From Takakia lepidozioides (taxonomy: Eukaryota; Plantae; Bryophyta): 64,000 bases of DNA. How positions within the stretch are numbered: position 1 is the first letter of the stretch; every line of letters begins with the position of its first letter. This document shows, one piece after another, positions 1 through 10,929 of this stretch. A program made the position numbers and the translations under genes. The stretch spans positions 95,604,001 to 95,668,000 of the forward strand of contig CM060731.1 of the NCBI GenBank assembly GCA_030704615.1, in the 5' to 3' direction. The notes below the pieces were generated by a model. It was not told the origin of the DNA. It searched no databases and was given only the letters and a program-made list of their open reading frames with translations.

Positions 1-2194
1 AGCTGAGTTCGAGCTTTGATGGGGTTGAAAACTATTATAGATGGTTTGTCAAGGGATTTAGTACCATTGCAAAGGCTCTAACCAAGCTGACCAAGGTGGA
101 CCAGGAGTGGCAGTGGGAAGATGAGCAGGAACGAGCTTTTCAAGAGCTCAAGGCGAGGTTGACCTCGGCGCCTATCCTGAGACGACCTATCAGGGGGCGT
201 CCCTTTCAGCTGCATACGGATTGGAGCATGCTGGGGCTTGGAGCGGTGTTCACACATGTGGATGATGAGGGAAGAGAGTTCGTAGTGGCTTATGCTAACC
301 GCTCGAACAACGCTGCAGAGGCTAAGTACAGCTCATATGAGGGAGAGTGCTTAGCTGCAGTGTGGGCCGTGGCACACTTCAGGTGCTATCTATACGGCAA
401 TCTTTTCACCCTTGTCACGGATTACCAGCCACTCAAGTGGTTGATGGAGTCAGACAAGCTTACGGGGAAGCTTGCACGGTGGGCACTCATACTCCAGGAG
501 TATGACTTTCAGGTTGTGCATCGACCGGGTTTGGTCAATCGGGATGCGGATGGATCGAGTCGCAATCCATGCATGAGCCAGCAGGATGACACTGGAGCTC
601 GGTGGCATGGTGAGATGGACGAGGAGATGGTGCCGGGATGGCATGCATCTGCATTTTTGTGTATCTTGGCATCGGGAGGTCAGGTTGGACCTACAACAGG
701 GATGACTGTAGACGGAGTGTCTGAGGACCCTGAGGCTAGTGATGAGCCAGGTGGTGCCAGAGATATACATGAGGATTCGGTTGTGTTGGACTACCTCCGC
801 ACGGGAGACACGGCAGCCACTTTGACTGCCAGGGAGAGGGATCGGATCCTGCAACAAGCCAAGAGGTTCTACATCCTACTTCGAGTGTGGGAGGATGGTC
901 GGGTGAGGATTGTGCCTCACCCCACATAGCGTGCACGGTTAGTGCGGCATGCCCATGAGGAGTTGGGGCTTTTTGGAGTGCGACGCACTCACAGTTTACT
1001 GCAAGGGCAGTATTTGGTGGCGTGGTATGCATACAGAGGTGCAACAGTTCGTGGCTAGGTGCATGGTGTGTGACAGGGTGCGTGCTTCATTCACACCCCT
1101 ACACCACAGTTTGCATCCTTTACCAATCATGGGATTGGGCTACAGGTGGAGTCTTGACTTTGCAGGACCGTTGCCACTGACTATGCGCCACACAGATATG
1201 TGTTGGTGATGGTGGAGCACTTCTCCAAGTGGATTGAGTTGGTTCCATTGCCTGACAAGGCTAGTGAGGGGGCTGCATATGCATTCTTGGATCGTGTGCT
1301 TAGCCGATTTGGTGCTCCAGCTGAGGTACTCACGGACCGAGGGAGAGAGTTCTTGGGGGAGTTTAGGCTTTGTGTGATAAAGCCTTGATAGACCACCGCA
1401 CCACTTCTCGGGATCATCCTGAGGCCGATGGCTTAGCAGAGATAGTTGTTCAGACGGTGAAGAGGGGTTTGTGCAAGTATGGCTTGAAGAAGGGACACCT
1501 AGGAGATTGGGATCTTCAGGTTCCTTGGTTAGCCATGGGCTACAGGTTCAACAAACAAACATCACTTGCCTCCTTCTCACCATATTTCCTTCTCTTTGGC
1601 CGAGAGCCGGATTTGCCTACAGCCATTCGTAGGGACACTGCTCAAGTCCTTAACCTTGACGATCCGGATGTGTGGGTACGTGCATGTGATCAGCGTGCAG
1701 AGTTGTTCAAGAAAGTATGCCCATGGCTTTTGAGAACCTTGCCATTGCACAGCACCGTGATACGTTGAGGTATGTCACTATACGTGGTGGAGGATATCGT
1801 CCTGGGGTTCGGAGGTTTAGCCCTGGTGACTATGTTTATTTGCAGCAAAATGCTCCTACGACTCTGGATGTTACTGCAGGGCGTGTTATTCTGAGGGTTC
1901 GAGAGGTGTTGCCCTTAGGGGTCCTGATCTTGGAGGGTCGGGATGGCATGACTTGGAAGGACCATGTGCGTAATTGTGCGCCATGTCACCTTCCCAATGT
2001 CGATGGCAGAGTTGACCCAAACTTGGCAGTGGTACCTGTAGGTTTGAGGTGCATGCTCTGTGGGTCTGCCAAAGGGGCAGCCACCATGCTGGTGTGTGAT
2101 TGATGCTCAAGGGGTTGGCATATAGGATGCTTGACACCACCTCTTGAGAAGGTTCCTGACGGAGATTGGTTGTGTCCACACTGCTTGGGATAGT
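1..2194 (+). pseudogene. pol: Disrupted pol (RH-IN-PHD), split by several frameshifts and stops
   Basis: ORFs 96-929, 949-1209, 1200-1388, 1370-1768, 1717-2103 are consecutive pol pieces; C-terminal C4HC3 CMLC..VCD*CSRGWHIGC..WLCPHC. Confidence 0.88.
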
Positions 2195-2453
2195 GGCAGT
2201 GGACATGACTGGAGGCAGCTAACAAGACATGGGAGGCCAAGCTCATAGGAATCAATACATGAGATCCCAAGCTCAAGTTCACAGGTTGCAAGACGGCGAC
2301 TAACGATGGGGCAACTCTTGCACCCGGCCTCTTGATCTATCGAGTTTGAGTGTAGTAGGGATAGTGGTGGAGGACTTAGTGAGGCTATGGTCACTATCAC
2401 ATCTTGTGGCTACCTGGACTTAGAGGGACCTAAGCACCAGCTAGGGGGGCGAT

Positions 2454-2629
2454 TGTGTGGACTAGTGACTGCCATAGTGGGCAGCATAGTGGCAGCCTAG
2501 TGACTGACTAGTTGTAGCCTAGTGGCTGGACTAGTGGTGGACTAGTGGTATACTAGTGTGTGGTGTGCACATGTGTTGTGTGGTTTTGGATAGCGATGTA
2601 GTTGTGTAGCGATATGTACGCGCACGACA
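2454..2629 (+). repeat. 3' LTR of family A (176 bp, TG...CA, rich in CTAGT)
   Basis: Starts TGTGTGG after the PPT, ends CACGACA; boundaries confirmed by inverted copy at 21885-22072. Confidence 0.85.
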
Positions 2630-3169
2630 GTTGTCAAGTTATTTTACCACTAGTGTGAAACTAGCTAGGAAATAGCTAGCTTTTACATATTGACATTTGG
2701 GATTGGCCCAAGTGTCAATCCAGGGGTCAAGGCAAATTTAGGCCCTGGAGTGGTTATCTTCTTGTTTCGCTTTGTTTTTGCATCTTAATCCTGGCATCGC
2801 TGGAAGCATGTCATTCTTAGGCATTGGTTGGATTTGTTTTCATTGTTGTTCCATGGGCACTCCATACTTCCTAAACTTGTTTTGTTTTCATTGTTGTTCC
2901 ACGATTGTTGCTATGGTGGTTGCGCTGCTCATTGCGATGCTGGTTTTGGCACCGATGTTGGTTCTAACGATTTTGGGAATGACAGAGTGACGACGAGCCT
3001 GGCACGCTGGTGGTATCATCGACCGCTCCAACTCATCGCATGTTTGAATCGCCCAACTTGGGGCGAGAGGGCAAACTTCAACCTTTTGTTAGTGGACGGG
3101 AGGACCTGCAGCGAGGGTACGACAGAATAGGCATTGGGGAGGTTGGTGCAGGCGGCATGGCAGGTGAAG

Positions 3170-3916
3170 GGCGTGAGGACGTGACGGCGAATCTCGTAGA
3201 CCCATTGCGGATGAATTGTTAACATGGGATACCCACTGGCACACTCGCAATGACGAATTCGAGGCAACGCTGAAGTGGGATCATACGTTGGGCCATATGT
3301 CGGGTAAAATGTTCTTGGTGTGGACGGGATCACCGACTTCTTGCCGGTGGGAGGACACAAGCGAACCATGCCAATCACATTGGCTGGCATTACATGGTGG
3401 AGAGTGGTCATCCTCAAAGTGCGGCGGCAGACTCCTTCCCTGCTCATACTGCCATGGCGGACCTAACTCGTAGATACTCATACCCTCCCAAGCACGTTTG
3501 AAATGCGTGCCGCATTTCGGTTTCCAATCTATTTTGTTTCCGTGCTTTCGTGGACTGAACTGGAGAGTGTGCCTTGCAGGGTCACTAAAAATGCGTACGT
3601 GCAATACCCACATGCACATATGCTGTACAGGGTGAGGAAAACTGGCCTCACTGATCCGCACAATTTGTGTGTAAAGCTTGAGCCCGAGCTCATTCAGAAA
3701 GCCTTGTCAAAAACTGACCGGACATGGTATCGTCTCACTATGGATGGAATGGTGGAGGGATATACGAAGTAAGTCGTCTCTCCCCATTTCCCTCTTGCTC
3801 ATCTTCCCCCATTTTCATACTCTTTCCACATGATCGAATGTACCGCTTCTGCATGTTTTTGTTGGCATCAACATCAGCTGGAGTTTGGCCCTGCCAAACT
3901 CTTCTTCATGGAAAGT
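3170..3916 (+). pseudogene. Left part of an older MULE subfamily-1 copy (ORF2 ParB-like exons) interrupted by the 3917-19304 element
   Basis: Colinear with 12070-12826 (WDTHWHTRN.EFEATLK, VTKNAYV..HMLYRVRKTGLTDPH); continues at 19305. Confidence 0.88.
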
Positions 3917-4020
3917 GAGGTTTACTATTTCATGAGCAGAAACCATGAGCCATGACCATGACCGCATGAGCCGCATGAGCGGTGAGCCGAAGTCTAAGAT
4001 AACGCGGATTTCATGAGCGG
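3917..4020 (+). repeat. Left TIR plus subterminal CATGAGC/CATGAC heptamer array
   Basis: At least seven CATGA(G)C units within 100 bp of the terminus. Confidence 0.85.
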
Positions 4021-4765
4021 ACTCCTCCAAATTTGGAAATGCGGCAGATTAAACAAGTATTAAAATAATAGTTTTTTTAATTGATTCTTGCTGTTTTTGG
4101 AACGTTCCAGATCATGTAATGCGCGAAGATATGTCGTCAGTAACAAGTCCGCTCATGGTTTTTTTAGATCCGCTCATGGAAATAAGTGACCGTGCAACGG
4201 GAAATCCGTATACCACTGCAAAATGACGTCGCATACTGGCCTGTATAGAGTATTCCCGGTTTTTACATGCCTTAACATTGGAATGAAGCTGACCCTTTTG
4301 CCGCGATTGAACCAATGGAGTCTGCACCAATACAGTCTGCAGTACTTCACAATTCTGTCTTCCTTTTCGGGTATTCGCCGGAAAGGTTTGCAACTGAACT
4401 GGGAAATAGGGTGCCGCGCTTTAGGGTTCGCACGTGCAAAATTTCGGAGCGGTTTGGTGTGGCGAAGGCCGCCTCTGGGGTACCTACGACGATACTTGGA
4501 ATGCGGCGCCGCATTTCCTTGTCGGAGGTCAATGAGGAAAGCAAGTTTTCGGAAAGCAGAAAAACATGAACCCTCCAACATCACAAATACATGCACGTGA
4601 AACAAGTGAACGATATAGTAATATCTTAGTTCGAGCAAAACAGGTACTGGTAGGCAAGACATATGTCGGACCTTTCTGTGGCCAGAGTCTGAGGTACTGG
4701 CAGCAGTACAGTTCTACTATCCGAAAAGGATGGGCGTACCATTGTATGGGGACCGCAAGCCAAGC

Positions 4766-7700
4766 TCACTGGTCCCCTGGATCCATATTCAGAAGAGTGT
4801 GAACCTCCTGGGGGCTCAACCCTGGTGCATGTATGAAGTGATGAGTTGTGGAATTACAACGGAGTCTCTTTAGTACACGTAGTACAAATGCTTGCAAGGG
4901 CAGTATGATGCCCCCTTGTTCGCCATGATCTGAAGTCGGTGCAATTGCAGGTGGGTAATTCTGAAATGGTGATGGTGTACACCTCATTGCGAACAGCTGA
5001 GCCCGCCGTGGCCATCTGATACACACGCCCGAATCCTGGTGGGGGCACTTCTGTCGAGCTCTGGATTGTACAGTTCATCCGAAGTGCATTCCCCATCCTT
5101 GTCTCGTTCACTTTTGAGGGAGGTCGCCGCCTCTTCGGTTTCCCCCAACGGTGTGTAGGATGCTTAGAGCTGTCGTGTCCCATTGTTCTTGCTCTCACAG
5201 GGGTCGGTGGTGGAGGCTGTGGAAGCGGAAATGGTTGTCTGGGGACGTCAGTGCGCTGCACCATCCAAATCCTGCGGCGGTAAGGGCGTCGGCCTCAACC
5301 TGACTCAGATCGCAGCCTGGTTCCACCGGCCACACCGGGGGAGCCTCTGGCATTGTTTGTATGCCGTACTTGGGCTTTCCATACACGCAAGTCATAATGT
5401 CGTGCCTGCAGAACCAGAACTGGGTGGTTGTCGCCTCCGCAAACTTTGCATGGACAAATCTTCCTGTAAAAGTAGGAGCAGGGACAGCCCCATCTGGATT
5501 CCTCCTTATCATCTCTAAACAACGTTGCCGTGTATCCACACGAATTGCGGAACACCTTCCTCGAAACGACGGCTTTGTGCGAGCAATTCTCCACTGTGAG
5601 CAGACACAGTCGTCTCCACAATGGCTTGGCCATACTGCATAACAGCGGGCGGAATCTGGGGCAGGGAGCGGTGGGAATTTTTTGCACGAAATCCCCGGTT
5701 GAAGGCGACGGCGATCTGGAATTTCTTGGGCTTCCACTGCTGGAAGACACATTGTGCGGCAACATGACGGGACCTCGAGGTGCTGTCCGAATGTTCCTGT
5801 CGGATCTCCAGGAATCCTCTTCGCACCCGGGTTCCTCTTCAATCCTCCGCCTGACAGGGCGAGTCCGGACGTCCCCCTCTAGGTGTTCACCTCTGCGGTG
5901 CAGAGGCGTCCCTTTGATCTTCTCTCGCAATGCTGTCGCCCATTTCACTGGATTCTTGGACCTCGAAGCTGTTCGTACCAACAATTCCTCCCTGTCCGGC
6001 CCAAAGCCCCATTGTTTGCCGCTCAGGAACTTGTAGTACGTGGCTTGCTGCATGATTGCTCTGTCGATGTCCTCCGTTGTGGCCGTCACTACGTCCACCA
6101 GATGTGCGGCAGAAGACGCTCGCCAGGAGGAGTGGACCGATTCTGCCATATTCGTGTTCGGCATGTCCGTGTCGGAATCCAAGCACCGCTCCTAGAAGGA
6201 CACAAACAATGGTGAGGGACCAATCGAAATGTCCGTAACAGAAAGACAAATGACGAAATTGACAGCAGCCTACCTCCCGCATGTACTGTCCGAACTGTCG
6301 ATACCGAAAATGCCACCACCCCAACCAGCTGTGCAATGCTCCCAGATTGGTTGTCTCCACTGCACCTGACGTGTTCCACCAAGCCTCGATGATAGCAAAC
6401 TTAACCTCCGCGTCATCAAATGTGGGTGCATCCTTCCACGCCGTACAAAGGACACGGTGTTCAGCCTGGAATGAGCTAGCAACAAATTTGGTAGTGTAGT
6501 GGGATAGACTCTGCATCCAATGGAATCCACAGGATCTCTCTTTCCCCTCCATTGGAACATTGGGGTCCTCACCGTACACACGCCGCACCGCTTTTGGCCT
6601 GAGCGTTGTCTGCCATGAATCCCCTGAAATTGGGCTCTGGCAATCCCGCCCTTGCCATCTGCTCGTTTATGCCCTCCCACAGATGCATCTCGGACTGTGT
6701 GTCCTCCCCTTTCATCTCGCAGATTGCAATCGTCATGAGCCTCTTGGAGTGATAGTCATAAACATGCGCACCCATAGTCACCCACTGATGGTTTGTAATT
6801 CGCTTGATGTGATCAAACATCACCCAAGCATTCGACAAGTTTCCAGTTGTCATGCGAGTGACCAAGTCGACTCCACTCCCAGCCCACACGTCGACATTTT
6901 GAAAATGTAACAACGATCGGATTCGCTGCCTTGCCCTGGAAACCTGCTACCTTGGATGTAGTCATATCCAGTCATTCGTTTCACCTCCAGGATTGAGTAC
7001 ATGTCCGACCCCCTGCCGAACTCCTGCTTGCAAGATACGATGTGATTCCGCACATTCGGACTACAAACGTGCGAGACGGACTCCAAGAGGTCACGCATCT
7101 CGTCTTCGGTCAAGGGCTCTCGGTCGGAACCATCTTCAGACATGATTTTGCCAAGAGCAATCTTGTGGGCTGCCTTCAGCTGAATCTGCTTTGGTCTGGC
7201 TCCGGGGCTCAATTTCACCTCCTCTTTTATGATGTCGTGTGCTTCCTGCACAGCCTCACGCATGTTGCCTCTCGCCAAGGGGTGGCAGTGGACCCCAACG
7301 TGTATGCAAGCTCTAGTCAAGTCCGGGAGCAAATGGATTACGTAATATTGCTTGGCTCTGCACATGGACATGCACGTCGGTGGTTCTTTGCAATGTGCAC
7401 ACTTGAAAGAACCCGCAGGAGCTTGGCTGGAGACAATGAATGGATGATGCGTTGTGCCAGTCCAATCCGTCTCGTTTCTCCGCCCTCCTTTGGAGAGAAA
7501 GTGGAAGCAGGTGGGATTGAGGCACCTCAGCTTCCCCGCACAGAGGACATATCGTACACGAACACCATCAGCAATTTTCGTGCTACTGGTCTTCGTCACA
7601 CACCAGGGGTGTCCGTCATGCTTTCGATCCATGTCTGTTAACATCCCGGAGGCTTTCTTTGACGAAGAAACAGGTGGAAACTCGAAGATGACATTGCCAT

Positions 7701-8361
7701 CGACTTCGGGAGGCAGAAAAGTTACCTTTCTGACTGGGAATTTGGCATAGTCGAGAGCAGCCAGCTCGGAGCGAGAACCATCGAGGTGATGTTGTCGTAG
7801 GAGCTGCACAATGGACCGGGTTGGAGTTATGCTCGAGGGCACATGCGTAGCACCTACAGAGACGTCCATGCCGGATTTGAACGACCGTGTGGAGGACATG
7901 GGTACCTCAATGCAATCATCTTCCTCGTCGGAAATGTCGAATACGTCCACACGAGAAGCTATGGAGGGTCTTGACGGTCCAGGTCGGGAATGATTATCGT
8001 TGCATACCTCTCTGTTGGCAGTGGCCGCCTCTCGGTTTCCGGACTCCTTTGTGGATGGTGTGGGCAGCGACTGATTCGGAAAGGGAATGGGCATTCCCAC
8101 AGCTCGGTACAGGATGGTGTCTGACGGGGGAACGTGCCATTCGATTCCGCAACCTCCGTCGTTACCTAGCACGACAATGGTCTCGTCAACCTGTCCAGGA
8201 ACATCCTTCCTTTCTTCTTCCAAATAAACTGTGCCCGGTTTGAGCTTGAATTTGGAACAAAGGTAAGTTTCAGTCACTCTGCAAAGTCCTCCCTCGTTTG
8301 GGATCCAGGCTCTCCCAAGTTGCGGAGGACAGCAAACTATAGCGTAGGAATTCGGAGCCAT
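4766..8361 (-). CDS. MULE transposase (GCM-like Zn domain, DDE core with CxxH, Cys-rich domain, C-terminal SWIM); one intron 6192-6273; several frameshifts
   Basis: WVMFDH (D1), FMADNAQA (D2), CGFH (CxxH), TNMAES (E), PTCNCTDF..CKHLYY (SWIM); start MAPNS aligns with subfamily-2 MAENP; GT-AG phase-0 intron restores YMRE/ERCLDSDTD and is conserved at 59375-59459. Confidence 0.85.
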
Positions 8362-8786
8362 CGAACACCGCACGGAGTTGGCAAGTGCGAGGTTCAGTAT
8401 AGCGACAGACCAAGGCTCACAGGCACCATCTAAGTGGATCTGCGGAGTCCATCGACGATTGGAAGTCGCACATTGAAGTGGAAAGTATTGTTTCAAGCTA
8501 CATGCATGAAGGTGGGAGGTTTGATTCCATAGCCAGTGAGTATGACAATGATGGCCGATTCGGCGACGAAATAAATCTCCTGACAGTTTCTCCTGAGGGT
8601 GGATCCAGCAGTATTCTCGGTGCAGACAGGAACGTTCGCACTGACAAGTGCCAGGACTGCTGGTTAAAACGGTCAGACAACCAAGTTGTGCTCATCAAGA
8701 CTGGCCGCAATTGTGTTGTTTCGGAACAATGCAACCCATTGAGGTTCCAGATTTCCCGTCCCGAGTGATTCTTTCGATTGCTGGTG

Positions 8787-10495
8787 GACGGAAATACGGC
8801 GCCGCATTTCCGTATTGCATCTTGGTCATGCACCAGAGCGACGGAAATGCGGCACCGAGTTTCCGTCCGGGGGAAACCTTTATACTCTCCAGAACGGAAA
8901 TGCGGTAACGCATTTCCATCCAGCAAGCACGGTATGTGAAGGTGGAACGGAAATGCGGTACCGCATTTCCGTTCTGATTGAGATTATGAACAACGGGAAC
9001 AGAAATGCGGCACCGCATTTCCGTCCGAGTCGCACTTTTCCGACATTTCAGAACGGAAATGCGGCGCCGCATTTCCATTTTGTATCTGATGCATGGAGCT
9101 GAGGGATAGAAATGCTGCAGCACATTTCCGTCCTTAAAAGACATTCATACTCTCCAGAACGGAAATGCGGTACCGCATTTTCATTCAACAAGCACGGTAT
9201 GTGAAGGTGGAACGGAAATGCGGTACCGCATTTCCGTTCTGATTGAGATTTATGAACAACGGGAACAGAAATGCGGCACCGCATTTCCGTCCGAGTCGCA
9301 CTTTCCGACATTCCAGAACGGAAATGCGGCGCCGCATTTCCATTTTGTATCTGATGCATGGAGCCGAGTGCGATTCCGACAGCTTCATACAGCGCAATTC
9401 CGACCCGCTTGAGACATTCATACTATCCAGAACGGAAATGCGGCACCGCATTTCCGTTCTGACTGAAAATCGTGAACCATCTGAACTGAAATGCGGCAGC
9501 GTATTTCCATCCGAGTCGCACCTACCAACATTCCAGAACGGAAATGCGGTACCGCATTTCCGTTCTGACTGAAAATCGTGAACCATCGGAACTGAAATGC
9601 GGCAGCGCATTTCCATCCGAGTCGCACCTCCCAACATTCAGAACGGAATGTATTAGATTCAAAAGGGAAATGCGGCACCGCATTTCCGTTCTGATGAAAT
9701 ATCCTGAAACATCGGAACTGAAATGCGGTACCGCATTTCCGTCGGAGTCGCACCTTCCGACATTCCAAAACGGAAATGCGGCGCCGCATTTCCGTTTTGT
9801 ATGTGAGGCATGGAGCTGTGGAACGAAAATGCGGCACAGCATTTCCGCCAGCGTCAGACGTTAATACTCTACAGAACGGAAATGCGGTACCGCATTTCCA
9901 TTCTGACTGAAAATCGTGCGAAACGGGAACAGAAATGCGGCACCGCATTTCCGTTCGAGTCGCACCTTCCGACATTCTAGAACGGAAATGCGGCGCCGCA
10001 TTTCCGTTTTGTATATTGGGCCTGGAGCTGTGCTACGGAAATGTGTTGCCGCATTTCCATCCATGTGAGACCTTCAAACTTTCCAGACCGGAAATGCGGC
10101 ACCGCATTTCTGTCCAGGTGAGACCTCTATACTTTCCCGAACGGAAATGTGGCACGGCATTTCCATTCATCAACCAACGTATGTGAAGTGGGAACGGAAA
10201 TGCGGTACCGCATTTCCGTTCACATTGAAAATCATGAACCACGGGAACTGAAATGTTGTGCCTCATTCCCGTCCCAATCGCACCTTTCGACATTCCAGAA
10301 CGGAAATGCGGCGCCGCATTTCCCTTTTGAATCTCATACATGGAGCTGTGGGACGGAAATGCGGCACCGTATTTCCGTTCAACAACTAAGGTATGTGAAG
10401 GTGGAACGGAAATGCGGTGCCGCATTTTCTTCCAACAAGTACGGATGTGTAGCTTCGTGATGGTACTTAACGGAAATGCGGCGCCGCATTCGCAT
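8787..10495. repeat. Array of about 30 palindromes GGAAATGCGGYRCCGCATTTCC at 53-bp period, between the two divergent genes
   Basis: Starts at 8843, 8896, 8949 ... 9878, 9931, 9984, 10037, 10090, 10143, 10196; spacers recur with a higher-order period of about 266 bp. Confidence 0.95.
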
Positions 10496-10929
10496 TTTCG
10501 CTCCAACTGATCAGACGCTGGGACGGAAATACCTTGAAATGTGAACACGTGGAGCAACGGAATTGCTGCACATGTCGGCACTCTATCTGACTGAAGGGGC
10601 ATGAGGCGGCGCGGCCTGACCGTTGGATAATGATGTTTGTTTTTCGGACGGCAGGCGTACCCTCAACGATTCGAATTTCGTAATGACGCAAACTCCACGA
10701 GGAGACACTTTCGTCCAACCCTTTCGAACCCAAGTGGTGCATCACCGCCGTTTCATCTACTTTTGTCGTGTCTCCTCAGTCACCCCTCTCGCGCCCTTTC
10801 CATCTGCACTCTTTGCCCCTTTTCCCTCTCTCTGTTCTTCTTATGCTCGAACCTGAGAGGGGGGGAGTTCGTGCACCAGACAGGAGACCTCGTCGCAAGC
10901 TCCGGAAATTATACTTCGGACGTAGGCCA

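Larger units (their letters stand above)
1..2629 (+). mobile_element. 3' part of Ty3/Gypsy LTR retrotransposon (family A): RT tail, RNase H, integrase, PHD finger, PPT, 3' LTR
   Basis: RNase H motifs LHTDWS...YSSYEGECLAAVWAV...TDYQPLKW; integrase HHCC/DDE fragments (WSLDFAGP, VLTDRGREF, PEADGLAE); order RH-IN; PPT AGGGGGG at 2443-2449 just before TG...CA LTR. Confidence 0.92.

Noticed and set aside
2690-2718. Hairpin TTGACATTTGGG..CCCAAGTGTCAA
   Set aside because: Single imperfect 12-bp stem with no supporting context
8787-10495. CRISPR array (22-bp palindromic repeats with about 31-bp spacers)
   Set aside because: Spacers recur in a higher-order period, repeats are degenerate, the motif also occurs singly in introns, no cas genes, eukaryotic transposon context
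8498-10602. Numerous overlapping ORFs with EMRxRIS/GNAAPHF/KCGxAFP repeats (also 16019-16940, 27515-28526, 50617-51353, 54642-57118)
   Set aside because: Six-frame translations of the palindrome arrays, not plausible proteins
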